Shown piece after piece: positions 1 to 22,359 of a DNA stretch of 64,000 bases. Made by a program: the position numbers and the translations under genes. The number at the start of each line of letters is the position of its first letter. Within the stretch, counting starts at the first letter, position 1. The DNA is from the human T2T-CHM13v2.0 reference genome, Homo sapiens. The stretch is taken from the NCBI RefSeq assembly GCF_009914755.1, contig NC_060947.1; one strand, 5' to 3'. A model generated the notes under the pieces. The model was not told the origin of the DNA, did no database searches, and was given only the letters and a program-made list of their open reading frames with translations.

Positions 1-194
1 TCTCAATCCCTCCTCTGGGTCACTTGAAGATCCCCTCCCTGACTCCACATGACTATGATGGCTAGGTCAATCAGTGTCCTTTCCCGCCCTTGACATTTAG
101 TGGTCAGAAGACTAAACCAGAGCCAATCAGATTCTTCTCTGAAATTGATGCATGGACAGGTGGACAAAGAAGGTCCCTTTCTTCCAGGGCTGCC

Positions 195-350
195 AAATCT
201 TTCTGCCTGTTACTTGGGTGACCTTAGACAAATCGTTTAACTTCTTTGAGCCTAAATTTTCTCACCTTAAATGAGGTTAATAATACAATCTATTTCATAG
301 GCATTTGTAAGAATCAAATGATATGAAGCATGAGAAAGGTTATTATAACT
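195..350 (+). mobile_element. MIR SINE fragment
   Basis: Core 'gtgaccttagacaaatcgtttaacttctttgagcctaaattttctcacc...aaatgaggttaataata' resembles the MIR core. Confidence 0.7.
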
Positions 351-489
351 TTAATGTGTTTTATAATGTTATTAATAAATGTATTGTTATCAAATGTAAA
401 TAAAATTATATGATAAATTAATTCATTGTAAGGTGTTGGTCAATGACATCTTAGGACATTAAATCTCCCAAGGGTATTTACATATTTTA

Positions 490-750
490 AAGGGGCCCAT
501 TATATAAAGCACAAAGATAGAGAGCACTAATCTATACTGTCAGGAATTAGGATAGTGGTTAACTTTGCAGGGGTGGGGGGCTTGTGATCAGAGGGAACAT
601 AAGGAAGCTTCTGAAAGGTATTGGTTGTGTTCGGTTTCTTGATCTGCGTTCTAGTTACATGGGTGTATTGTTGGTAAAGCTTCATTGTCCTGTATGCTTA
701 AGATATGTGCCCTTTTCCATATGTATGGTATGATTTAATAACAAGTCTTT
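490..750 (+). mobile_element. Old L1 (L1ME-type) 3' end
   Basis: Typical L1ME 3'UTR motifs ('ttaggatagtggttaactttg', 'tttcttgatctg...gttacatgggtgt'). Confidence 0.6.
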
Positions 751-2125
751 AAAACTTGGAAATTCTGGCTTCCAAGAAGAAGCAGGCATACTTTTCCTTA
801 CTCCTCCTACTAAGTACAATGAAAAACTCTGGACATTATATATGAAATAAACATAAGAAGACTTTGAAAGGAGGCACTTTCTTTGAAAGGAGGAGACTTT
901 GAAGAAGATGGCACTTGGAAATATCAATAAGTGCAAACTAAAAAAGACCTAACAAAAACTGCTCTATCTGGCCAAAGGGCCAAGAAAGGAACAACACAAG
1001 AAAAGAGAAAACTTTTAGACAGAAACTGCTCTGCTCTGACTAAACACCACAGGAAAAAAAAAAAATGTAGCCCCATCCTCATTCATACCAGCAGAGGCCA
1101 AGTGGGGAGCCTAGAATTCCACTCGCCAGGCTATAGCAATGTGCCCTAACCCACCCACTGGGATATCTTCAGAGAAGGCCAAGTATGGAGCCAGTACATT
1201 TATCCCTGCTGGGTAGTGATGAGGAAACCACATAGGCAACCTGTACTTCCAGCCCGCATCCTTCCTCCTTGGGCAGTATCAGAAGAAGCATAGTAGAAAG
1301 TCAGGACTTTCACCATTGCTCAGCAGTATTGATGCCATCCTCTCCCTGAGGTGTCAGTGGAGGCCTAGTGAGGAGCCTGAACTCCCACCCCACCCAGCAA
1401 CAATAAAGAACACCCCCCGAGATGTCAACAGAGGCTGAATAGACTTTCTCTGCTGACCTGGCAGTAATGAGGGGACACCCCACCCCCTTCCCTTGCCAAT
1501 GTAGTGTCCAAAAAGCCAGCTAAAACATCAGGTTTAAATAAGACACAGAGTCATAACATAATACCCAAAGTGTCCAAATTTCAATCAAAAATCACTCATT
1601 ACACTAGAAACAAGGAAAATCTCAAACTGAATGAACAAAGATAATCTTTAGATGCCAACACTGAGATGAAACATGAGATAAAATTTTCTGACACAAATTT
1701 TAAAGCAGCCATCATAAAAATAATGCAATGAGCAATTACAAGCACACTTGACACGAATAAAATATAGAATAAATAAATAAATAAACAGCGCCTCAGGAAC
1801 ATGTGGGACTTTAACAAAAGATCTAGCATTGTTATTACTGAAGACCCAAAAGGAGAGGATAAAGAGGGTAGGGCTAAGAAAGTATTCAAAGAAATAATGG
1901 CTAAAAACACCCCAATTTGGCAAAAGACATAAACCTATAGATTCAAGAGGCTGAGTGAACTCTAAACAGAATAAACCCAAAGAAATTCAAACTGAGACAC
2001 ATATAATCAAACTTCTGTAAACTAAAGACAAAGAAAAAATTATGAAGGCATCAAAAGAGAAATGACATCTTATGGCAAGAGAAAAACAAGCGAATAACAG
2101 GATTTCACATTAGGAGACAGAGTAG

Positions 2126-2575
<450 letters not shown>

Positions 2576-3853
2576 TAATTTGTTACCAGCAGATCTACTC
2601 TAAATAATGGCTAAAGGAAGTTCATTAAACAAAAAGGAAATGATAAAAGAAGTAACCTTGGAACATGAGAAGGAAGAGAGAACATGACAAGCAAAAGATC
2701 TGGGTAAATACAATAGACTTTCCTTCTCCTTCTGGGTTTTATAAATCATATTTGACAGTTTAAGCAAAAAATATAACACTGATATAGTTTTAAATGGCTC
2801 TGGAAGAAATTTCAAGACAATTATATAAATGGGGGAGAATAAATAGACATAGAGGTTAGATTTCTATGCTTCACTCAAACTGGCAAAGTGATGAGCCAAG
2901 TAGACCGTGATAGATATGTATGTATAATGTAATTCCTAGAGAAATCAATAAGAAAACAATACAAAGAGATACACTAAAGAACACTATAAATAAATCAATA
3001 TGGAAGGCAGGAGAAAGAAAATAGAAAATGAAAAGGAGAAATAACAAACAGAAAACAAGAAATAAAGTAGCAAATATAATTATATTTAATGTAGATTGTC
3101 TAAATATACAACTTTGGCAGAGTGGATCAAAAAGCATGACCCAGCTATATACTGTCTATAAGAAGCTTATTTACAATATAATGATAAAGGCAGATTGAAA
3201 GTAAAAGGATGGAAAAAGATGTATAATACAAGCATTAATCACGACGAAATAGGAAAAGCTCTATTATATCAGATAAAGTAGACTGCAAAGAAAAGAAAGT
3301 TACCACAGACAGAAAAGGACATTATATAATGATAAATGGGTCAGTACACCAAAAGGACATAGCACTCCTAAAATGTGTTTGCACTAAGTAACAGAGCAGC
3401 AAAGTATGTGAATCAAGATCTGATAGAACTGAAAGGAGAAATATGCAAATTCACAATTACAGACGTCAACATCCCTCTCTCAACAACTGATAGTACAACT
3501 AGCCAGAAAATCAGCAAGGATATAGAAAAGCTCAACAATATCATCAACCAACAGGGTCTAATCAACGTGTATAGAATACTCTACTCAACAAGAGCAGAAT
3601 ATACCTCAAGAATTTAGAAAAATGGGTCCTGGTAGTGGCTATGAGAAAAAAAATATAGAAAAAGAAAAGCAAAATAAACCCAAACCAAGCAAAAGGAGAT
3701 GCGTAATAAAGATAAGAGCAGAAATCAATGAAATTGAAAACAGCAAAACAATAGAGAAAATCAATGAAACACAGAGCTTGCTCTTTGAAATCATCAATAA
3801 AATTGACAAATCTCTATCAAGATTGACAAAGAAAGAAAAAGATAAAATTACCA

Positions 3854-3914
3854 ATATCAGAAATGAAATAGGGGCTATCACTATATCAGAAATGAAATAG
3901 GGGCTATCACTATA
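3854..3914. repeat. 29-bp tandem duplication within L1 ORF2
   Basis: tcagaaatgaaataggggctatcactata x2. Confidence 0.9.
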
Positions 3915-4643
3915 GACCCTGCAGACATCAAAAGTAAAATAAGGGAATACTATGAACAACTCTACACATAAATTTGACAACTTAGAGGAAATAGACCAAT
4001 TAATCAAAAATAACAAACTAAAACAACTCACCCAATATGAAATATATAGTTTGAATCTCTATATATTAAGGAAATTGAATTTGTAATTTAACTTCTCCCA
4101 AAAAAGAAATATCAGATGATTCCACTGGAAAATTCTACCAAATTTAAAAGAATTAAACTAATTCTAAACAATCTGCTTTAGAAAATAGAAGAGGATGGAA
4201 CACTTCTCAATTCATTTTATGAAGCTATTATCCTGGTAAGAAAACTAGACAAACATAGTACAAAAAAAAAGATATTACAGACCAATTTTCCTCATGAATA
4301 TACATGCAAAAGTTCTTAACTAAATATTAGCAAATAAAATTCAACAATATATAAAAAGAATTATACAACATGATAAAGTAGACTTTATTCCTGGGGTGCA
4401 AGGCTGGTTCAATTTGCTAAAACTACTTAACAGAATTCATCATATTACTAAGCTAAAGAAGAAAACTCATGTGACCACATCAATTGATAAAGAAAAAGCA
4501 TTTGACAAAATTCAATACCCACTTATGATAATCAGAAAACTCTACGCAAATTAGGAATAGAGGGGAACTTTTTCAACTTGATAGAGAGCATCTACAAAAA
4601 CCCTACAGTTAATATAATACTTAATGATAAAAGACCGAATGCT

Positions 4644-5180
<537 letters not shown>

Positions 5181-5463
5181 CTACTAGAACTGATAAGTGA
5201 TTTCAGCAAAGACAGTGTTCAAGAATAACATTAAAAATCAATTGTATTTTTATATACTGGCAATGAACATGTGAACATTTTCACAATTGAAAATAAAGTA
5301 TCATTTAAAATAATTCAGAACAAAACATAACATTCTCCAAAGAAGATATATAGATGGCCAATAAGCACATGAAAAGATGCTCAATATCATTAATCATTTG
5401 GGAAATGCAAATCAAAATTACAATGATATAACACCTCACACCTACTAGGGTGGCTACTATTTA

Positions 5464-5898
<435 letters not shown>

Positions 5899-6445
5899 TT
5901 AAAAATTACAAATAGGATTGTCATACAATTCAACAATTCCATTTCTGGGTATATACCCCAAAGAACTGAAAGCAGGGTCCTGAAGAGATATTTATATACC
6001 CATGTTTATAGCAGCATTATTCACAAATGCTGAAATGTAGAAGCAATCCAAATGTCCATCAACAGATAGATGGGTAAGCAAAATGTGGTCTGTCCATTAC
6101 AATGGAATATTATACAGCCTTAAAAAGGAAGGAAATTCTGGCACATGCTACAACATGGATAAACCTTGAAGACATTATGCTAAGTGAAATAAGCCAGTCA
6201 TAAAAAGACAAATACTGTATGATTCCACTTATATGAGGTACTTAGAATAGTCAAAATCATAGAAAAAGACAGTAGAATGGTAGCTGCCAGGGGCTGGGGG
6301 AATTGGGAAGTGGGGAGTTATGTTTAATAGGTATAGAATTTCAGTTTTACATGATGAAAAGAATTATGGAGATGGAAAGTAATGATGGTTGCACAACATT
6401 ATGAATATATTTAATGCCACCGAACTATACACTTAAAAATGGTTA

Positions 6446-6808
<363 letters not shown>

Positions 6809-7021
6809 TTATATGGTGAAAACTACAAAAATGTTGATGAAAGAAATAAAAGATTTAAATATCTGGAGAAATATACTATGTTCACGGATTGGAAGATTCA
6901 ACATAGTAAATACATCAATTGATATACAGGTTTAATGCAAATACTATCAAATTCCCAGCAAGAATTTTTACAGATATACACAAGATTATTCTAAAATTTA
7001 TATGGAAAAGTAAGGAACTAG

Positions 7022-7339
<318 letters not shown>

Positions 7340-7985
7340 TAAAAACAAAATTTAAAGAAGAATAAAGTGGGAGGAATTACTATACCCAATTTCAAGACTT
7401 ATCATATAGCTACAATAATTAGGACTGTGTGTTATTGGTGGAGGGAAAGACACATAGATCAATAGAATAGGACACAGAACCCATAAATAGACCCACACAA
7501 GTTTGGTGAAATGATCTTTGACAAAGGTGCACAACAGCTAAATGGAGAAAATAAAGATTTATCAACAAATGATGTTGGAGCAATTGGACATCCATAGGCA
7601 AAAAAATGAACCTTGACCTAAATCTTACCCTTTATGAACAACAATTAACTAAGTGGATCACCAACTTAAATGTAATACATGAAATTAGAAAACCTTTAGA
7701 AAATAATATAGGTGAAAATTGTCGGGGTTTAGGCAGAGGCAAAGGGATCTTAGACTTAACATCGAAAGCACAAGCCATAAGTGAAAAATTGGTAAGTTGG
7801 ACCTCATCAAAATTTAAAAATTTTTCTCTAGGAAAGATTCTGCTAAGAAGATGAAAAGACGAGCTACAAACTGGGAGAGAATACTTGTAAACCAATTATC
7901 CAACAAAGGACTGGTATATGGAATCTATAAAGAACTCTGAAAACTCAATAGTTAAAAACAAAACGAACAAACAAACAAAAAAAAC

Positions 7986-8300
7986 TGACTGGGCACAGTG
8001 GCTCACACCTGTAATGCTAGCACTTTGGGAGGCTGAGGTGGGAAAATCGCTTAACGCCAGGAATTCAAGGAGTTCAAGACCAGTCTGGGCAACATAGTGA
8101 GACCCTATCTCTACAAAAAATTTAAAAAATAATCAGGTATGCTGGTGCGCACTGTAGTCCAGATACCCAGGAGGCAATGACAGGAGGATTGCTTGAGCCC
8201 AGGAGGTCAAAGCTCCTGCACTCCAGCCCGGGTGACAGAATGAGACCCTGTTTCTAAAAAAAAAAAAGAAAAGAAAAGAAAAAGAAAATGAAAGAAAGAA
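7986..8300 (+). mobile_element. AluJ (diverged)
   Basis: Alu dimer with GAAAA-rich tail. Confidence 0.85.
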
Positions 8301-8631
8301 AAGGCTATATATACTGTATGATTCCATTTCTGTAACTTTCTTGACAAAATCATAGAAGTGGATAACAGATTAGTGGTTCCCAGGGATCAAGGTGAGATGG
8401 GAGAGGAGTATAGCCATAAAAGGGCAACATGAGGGAATCCTTGTGATGATGGAAATGTTCTGTACCGGTATTGACGATGTAATAGTGTCAGTATCCTGCT
8501 TGTGTTATTGGACTAAAGTTTTGCAAGATATTACCATTGGGGAAACTGGGTAAAGGATATATGGAAATGTCTCTATACTTTTTCTTACAACTGTATGTGA
8601 ATCTATAATTATCTCAAAATAAAATGCTTAA

Positions 8632-8949
<318 letters not shown>

Positions 8950-8961
8950 TAAAAAGAAATG

Positions 8962-9110
8962 GGCCTGGCATGGTGGCTCACACACGTAATCCCAGGAGGA
9001 TCATTTGAGCCTAGGAGGTCGAGGCTGTAGTGAGCCATGATCATGCCACTGCACTGCAGCCTGGGCAATGGAGCAAGACTCTGTCTCAAAAAATAAAACA
9101 ATAAAATAAA
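8962..9110 (+). mobile_element. Alu monomer (FRAM/AluJ-like, internally deleted)
   Basis: Single arm ending ctgtctcaaa plus A-rich tail. Confidence 0.8.
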
Positions 9111-9124
9111 ATAGTAGAGGATAT

Positions 9125-10120
<996 letters not shown>

Positions 10121-10984
10121 TTAGTATTTACCTATGATTGATTTAAGGAAGATTCTTCCCCTATTACCCTCTGTAAAATTTGCAGTCATCATTGATAAAG
10201 ACAAGACAAGAGTTTGACTCTTAGCCTCAAACATAAAGGACTTCAAAATCTTATTTGGTGCACTATTGGTGTGTTTGTATAATTTAACTATAAGTGACTT
10301 ACATATTTAAAAAAATTATCACAATTTTGATCTGCACCAGAAAGGAATTTGCAGCTGAAAATAATCTGTTCCTATCTAGGTAAATTTTGAAAATATCTAA
10401 ATTTTCTTAGTGAGAAAACATCCATGGTCTCAGATGTGGTTATGGGATAATGGTCTCCCAATGACTCATAAAATACCTCTCCTGGGAAAATACCTCTAGC
10501 ATTACAAATAGGGTTGCAAATCTAAAAAGACAAATTTCATTAAGGCAGGAGATTTTTCTGGGCATGCTATGTAACTCCTGTTGTGGTGGTCTGGTGGAAA
10601 GGTTGGTGGAAAAGTGGGGGCTGGAGGGAAGGGGATGGACAGGAGAGACCCTTAAAGAGAGACTCTTGAAACAAGTATCTGTTGTTGGTATAAGAAGTTT
10701 AGGAAATATACCTTAAGATAAGAAGGAATTGTACTAAAATGTAGTCATTCAGATTCTTAAAAGGACTGTGTGAGGACAAAAAAATCCAGGGGAAATACAT
10801 TTTAAAGACATGATCATAAACAGAGTGGCATTAATGGATCATTGTGGGCCCCCTTCAAGATTATGTATTCAGAGGCAGAAGAGAGGGAGGAGGGGCCAGG
10901 AAGTGACTGGTGTGGTTGGCGCTCATGGGTTTATTGTTGTCTACAGGTTCTGAATCCTACCCTAGCAATGCTGACCACTCTTCA

Positions 10985-11345
<361 letters not shown>

Positions 11346-11538
11346 AGTATGGATATGCAACCAGCAACAAGGAAACTGAGGCAGAGTCTAGCCAAGAACC
11401 AAATAGGGGAGGTGCTGGTGTACACAAGGATGGGGAATGGCTTTTGTGGGGCCCTGAACTAGGGACAATAGCCAGGTCATCTAGATTCCGGGCTGAAGCC
11501 AACGGCTGAGCAAAGCTGGGCTCAGGAACAAATGAAGG

Positions 11539-12385
11539 TGTGGTAGGCAAAATTCTCCTGTATTAGTCTGTTTTGTGTTGTTATAAAGGAATACCTGAGG
11601 CTGGATAATTTACAAAGAAAAGAGATTTATTTTGGCTCACAGTTCTGTAGGCTGTATAAGAAGCATGGTGCCAGCATCTGCATCTGGTGAGGCCTCAGGA
11701 AGTTTCCGCTCATGGCAGAAGGGGAAGAGGCATCAGGTGTATCAAAAAGCAAGAGACAGAGCAAGAGAAAGGGGAAGAGGTGCCAGACTCTCTAAACAAC
11801 CAGCTCTCACGTGAACTTATAGCTTGAGAATTCACTCATTACTGTGCAGAGGGCATCAAGCCATTCATGAGGGATCCTGTCCCCATGACCCAAACACCTC
11901 CCACTAGGCCCCACCTCCAACACTGGGGGGGGGGGGTCACTTTTTTTTTTTTTTTTTTGAGACAGAGTCTCACTCTGTCACCTAGGCTGGAGTGCAGTAG
12001 CATGATCTCAGCACTCACTGCAACCTCTGCCTCCTGGGTTCAAGCAATTCTCCTGCCTCAGCCTCCTGAGTAGCTGGGATTACAGGTGCCCACCACCACA
12101 CATGGCTAATTTTTGTATTTTTGGTAGAGATAGGGTTTTGCCATGTTGGTCAGGCTGGTCTCAAACTCCAAAACTCAGGTGATCCTCCTGCCTTGGCCTC
12201 CAAAAGTGCTGGGATTACAGGCGTGAGCCACTGTGCCTGGCCTGGGGGTCACATTTCAACATGAGATGTGGAGGGGACAAATATACAAACTATATCAACC
12301 CCCAAATTCCTGCCCCCTAGCATACACACTCTGTATCATTCCCTCCTTTTGAGTATGGGTAGGATCTGTGGATATGATGGGATAA
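11539..12385 (+). mobile_element. MLT1E/F-type LTR 5' fragment split by an MST LTR
   Basis: 'tgtggtaggcaaaattc' ... 'cccaaattcctgccccctagcatacacactctgtatcattccctcc' resembles the MLT1 start. Confidence 0.55.
11559..12297 (-). mobile_element. MST (MaLR) solo LTR containing an Alu (11941-12243, -)
   Basis: TG...CA termini (tgtattagtc ... actatatca) and MST body motifs. Confidence 0.85.
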
Positions 12386-12757
12386 TTTTGCAGTATCTAT
12401 CAAAATTACAGGAGCATATGATCTTGATCTTTGACCCAGTAAGTTCACTTCTAGGAATTTACTCCACAGGTATATTAGCAGACATGGGAAATTATTTATG
12501 CACAACGTTTTCCATTTGAACATTCACCTACCTATTCATTCATTCAATACATGTATATTGTTAGTAATTTTAAAAGGTTGGAAACAACCTAAGTAGCAGT
12601 CAATAAGGATGATTAAATACATTACTGCACAATGGAATACCACATAGCTAGAACAAAATAAAGAACAAGGAAACTCTGTATGTATCAATTTGGAAAGATC
12701 TCCAATACATTTTTAAGGGAAAAAAGCATGATGCGGAATAGAGCATACATCATATTA

Positions 12758-13102
<345 letters not shown>

Positions 13103-13913
13103 AAAGGTTACAGTCACTGGCTATTTGGGGAAGATGGGACTGGGCAGATGGGGCAGGCCTTAGAGGGAGATGTTTCACTGTATATATGGTTATACTCTTT
13201 ATGTATGGATCATTTTGAACTATCAGCTAAATAAAATGTTAAATGCATGTATTTTAAAATTAAAACATTTTAAAAGAGGTTTTGTCCCAATAGAGTTAGG
13301 GAGCCACATGATCTTTGTAGCATTACCTTCTCAGTTTTTGTTTTGTTTTGTTTTGGTTTGTTTGCTGTGTGAGACCAGGATGTCAGCAAAAGAAAGAGGC
13401 CCTTTCTCCCCTCACCGCCCACCTCCATTTGGATTTTGCAGCCTGAGCACCGTCCTCTAATGGAGCCACTACTTAGCTTTCCCACTTCAGCTCCCTAGGG
13501 AGAACTGAAGGGCTGCTTTCCCAGAAGCCACCAAGGCTCTCCAGCTGCACCCCCAGAGCCACTGCTGGCAGCTGAGTTTCCCCTGGGAGGTGAGAATCTG
13601 TGAGTCTTCCTAACCACCAGGCCCCAACCATCTGGGAACATTTGAGTTCAAATAACCCAACCAGTCCTGTCCTGCAGGTCTCGATCCCCTTAAGCAGAGC
13701 TAAGATCCACCTGGAAGGTATCAGCGCTAGTATTAGTACTAGTTGTTGACACATGGAGTCCATTCTGATGGGCTGGTGCCTGTCCTCTACCAGTTGTTAA
13801 GTATTTTGGCTATCACTTCTGTCCTCTGTTGCCATGCCTCGCACTTCAACCCCTCCTACACTCCTCCCCTGGGCTTCCTCCCCTAGTCCTGCCTTTCGCT
13901 GCTGATTGCCTTT

Positions 13914-14360
13914 GGTATCAGACAGGCGCCCAGTAAGCAACAGATGGCACACCCAAATTGGGTAATTTGAGAAGAATGTAATAAGGGACTATTTAGGAAA
14001 GTGTGGGCAGGGTATAGGGAAACCACTAGGGGTAGGGCAGTACCCCGGGGCAAGGGGAGGGACCAGTAATAGAGAGGGATGGGTGGAGAAAGCTCTGGTG
14101 TGAGCTGAGACCCCTGGCTGGTTGCTGGAGGCAGACAGCTCACTATTATTCATCAGTGAGAAAACCTGGGAAATTAAAAACCCCAATCTCCCTCTCTTTC
14201 CTCCCTTCCATCTCCTGTAGGTATCCCATTTTCCAAACCGAACAGAGGGCACAGGAGCCCATTGAACCATTCTATCCATAGAGGTCAGCCTCCCAGGCAC
14301 AGAACATGGTGGGGAGGGGTGGAGAGTGGATCTGGAGGGGCAAATGAAATATATTTAGCC
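13914..14360 (-). mobile_element. Old ERVL-class LTR (LTR33/LTR41-like)
   Basis: 'aacagatggcacacccaaattgggtaatttgag' and 'ggtggagagtggatctggaggggcaaatg' recalled from ERVL LTR consensi. Confidence 0.5.
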
Positions 14361-14820
14361 CCCCTCCCATAATATTTTAGAAAAACTTTATCATGAAAAA
14401 AATTCAAACATATTTTAAAAGCAGAGTAGTATAATAAACCCAAAATACCCGCCATCCAGCTTCAACAATGATTATTTGAGAGCCAATCATCTCATTTTAT
14501 CTATATTCTCACTCACTCTTACCTCTTTATTATTTTGCAGCAAATGCTGGGCTTCACATCATTTCATCTGTCAATAATTCGTATGCATCTCTAAAAGATA
14601 AGGATTCTTTTTAAACCATAACACCATTAGCACAGCAAAAAAGTAAAAAATAATAATGATAAAATAAAAATAATTCCTTAATATTATCAAATGTCTAATC
14701 AATGTTAAATTTCCAATTGTCCAATAAATATTACGTATGGCTTTTTAAAAAACAATGTGTTTGCTTAAATCAGAACCCAAATAAGGGCAAATCCTTGCAA
14801 TTGGTTCATATATCTTTTGA

Positions 14821-15190
<370 letters not shown>

Positions 15191-15284
15191 TTTCTTGCAA
15201 TTTATTGTTGAAGAAAACAAAACATTTGTCCTGTAGCATTTCCCATGGTCTAGATTTTGTTGATTGTATTCCCATAGTCTAGGA

Positions 15285-15510
15285 CAAGCTGGTCCAACCC
15301 GCACCCCACGGGCTGCATGCAACCCAGGACGGCTTTGAATGTGGACCAACACAAATTCGTAAACTTTCTTAAAACATTATAAGATTTTTTGGCAATTTTT
15401 TTTTTTAGCTCATCAGCTATCGTTAGTGTTAGTGTATTTTATGTATGGCCCAAGACAATTCTTCTTCTTCCAATGTGGCCCAGGGAAGCCAAAACATTGG
15501 AACATGCTCT
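15285..15510 (-). mobile_element. MER30 (hAT-Charlie DNA transposon)
   Basis: 'agctcatcagctatcgttagtgttagtgtattttatg...ttccaatgtggcccagggaagccaaaa' is the reverse of the MER30 consensus. Confidence 0.85.
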
Positions 15511-16084
15511 TTCCTGGTAGTATAACATGCTCTTTCTTCTGTATTTCCTGTAGTTTATATTTGGCTCTGGAGGCGGTATCAGATTCAGGTCGAATTTTTG
15601 TGATTACTTCATAGATGATGGTGTGTTCTTCCTTCAGGATGCACCAAAAGTCTGGTTGACAATTTTTTGTGAGGTTAGCAGTCACGATGATTGATCCATA
15701 GATTCATTAATTCATTTGAGGTTGCAAAGTGATGACATTCAGATTTATTATTTCTTCTTCATGTATTAACAACTATTTTGCATCTTGGTGTTTGCTTTTT
15801 CAATTCCCAATACCTCATGGAACTCCCTCATGTCACCTAGTATTATCCTAATTCATCCTTTCTAATGGCTGTGTAATATTCACATTGTGGATATACCATC
15901 ATTTATTTAACCATTCTCCTATTGACAGCCTTTCACTTGGCATCCAGTTTTTTGCAACTACAAACAATACTGCAATAAAACGTCCTTTTATATATGTCCT
16001 TACTAGCACTTTCATTCCTATGGAATAGATTCCCAGGAGTGAGTTTGCTGCGTAAGCAGAATATTTTATTTATTCGTATATTCA

Positions 16085-16096
16085 TCTATCTATCTA

Positions 16097-16180
<84 letters not shown>

Positions 16181-16195
16181 CCTATCTATCTATCT

Positions 16196-16196
<1 letters not shown>
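16085..16196. repeat. Compound tetranucleotide STR (TCTA)3(TCTG)8(TCTA)13 CCTA (TCTA)3
   Basis: Read directly; occupies the A-rich tail position of an Alu monomer. Confidence 0.95.
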
Positions 16197-16984
<788 letters not shown>

Positions 16985-17139
16985 GATTTCTAAAATGGCT
17001 ATAATACTTCAATTTCCATATGCAGTGTACAAGGATACTCTTTAATCTATATCTCTTCCCACTATAAGTATTATAGCATTTGTTTGTTTGTTTGTTTGTT
17101 TGTTTTTTTGCCAGGTTTTAAGTACAAAATTATGTCTCA

Positions 17140-17350
17140 TTGCTTCAGTCTCTGGAGCCAGACTGTCTGGATTTAAACTCTGGCTCTGCCACAAGCTGTG
17201 TACCTTGGACAAATTAACTTCTCAGCATCTCAGTTTCCTTATCTGTAAAATGGAGGTAATGATAATACCTGCCTCAACATTGTTGTAAGGGTTAAGTGAG
17301 TTAACAGATATAAAGTGCTTAGGACAATGCCTGGCTCATTGGAGTGTTCA
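17140..17350 (+). mobile_element. MIR
   Basis: 'tctggagccagactg...accttggacaaattaacttctc...cagtttccttatctgtaaaatgg'. Confidence 0.85.
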
Positions 17351-17743
17351 TCATTATTTTTCCATCTAAAGTCCTTTCTTTTGAAGTCTAGAGCTCATAC
17401 TATATCACATCAATTCCTCCATTACCAGCACCTCAGCATCCTATGTCCCCTGTTCTTTTACTACGCCCACCATTGCAAAGGCCACTCTCCCCTCCTCTTA
17501 GCTTGGCTACCAGATGCAGTCATGCAGACAATGCCATTAGGAATGCAAGCCTTCTCTCCTCAGATAGGTCCTGAGCACTAATCAGAAACCAATCTGTGTC
17601 CTTGAGTCCATTTCCCCTCACCTCCCTAAAGCAGGTATTCTAAGCAGTCATCACATTTCCTGATCCCCTACCCCATTAGCCTTTTGGCAAACAACCTAGA
17701 ATCCCTTACCTATAACCTGATAGGGATAGACTCAGCAGACTGA

Positions 17744-19980
<2,237 letters not shown>

Positions 19981-19999
19981 TACTCTTTACTCCTGACAC

Positions 20000-22126
<2,127 letters not shown>

Positions 22127-22139
22127 TAAGAATATATTC

Positions 22140-22340
22140 TCTGGAGTAAGACAGGTCTGTGTTTGAATCCAGGCTCTGCTATTCATTAGCTATGTAATCT
22201 TAGACAAGTTATGAAACCACTTTAGTTCTCAGTAATGGGATAATAATACTTACCCCAAAATGTTGCCAAGAGGATTAAAGGATATAAATTTCAGTTCTAG
22301 GTTCTGTACCAGTCATATAACAAGCTTTCACTGAATGTTA
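22140..22340 (+). mobile_element. MIR
   Basis: 'ctggagtaagacagg...tttgaatccaggctctgct...ttagacaagttat'. Confidence 0.7.
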
Positions 22341-22359
22341 GCTTTTTAAAAATTACTAT

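Noticed and set aside
10584-10640. G-rich stretch as a G-quadruplex
   Set aside because: Only three runs of three or more G; at best a weak two-tier structure.
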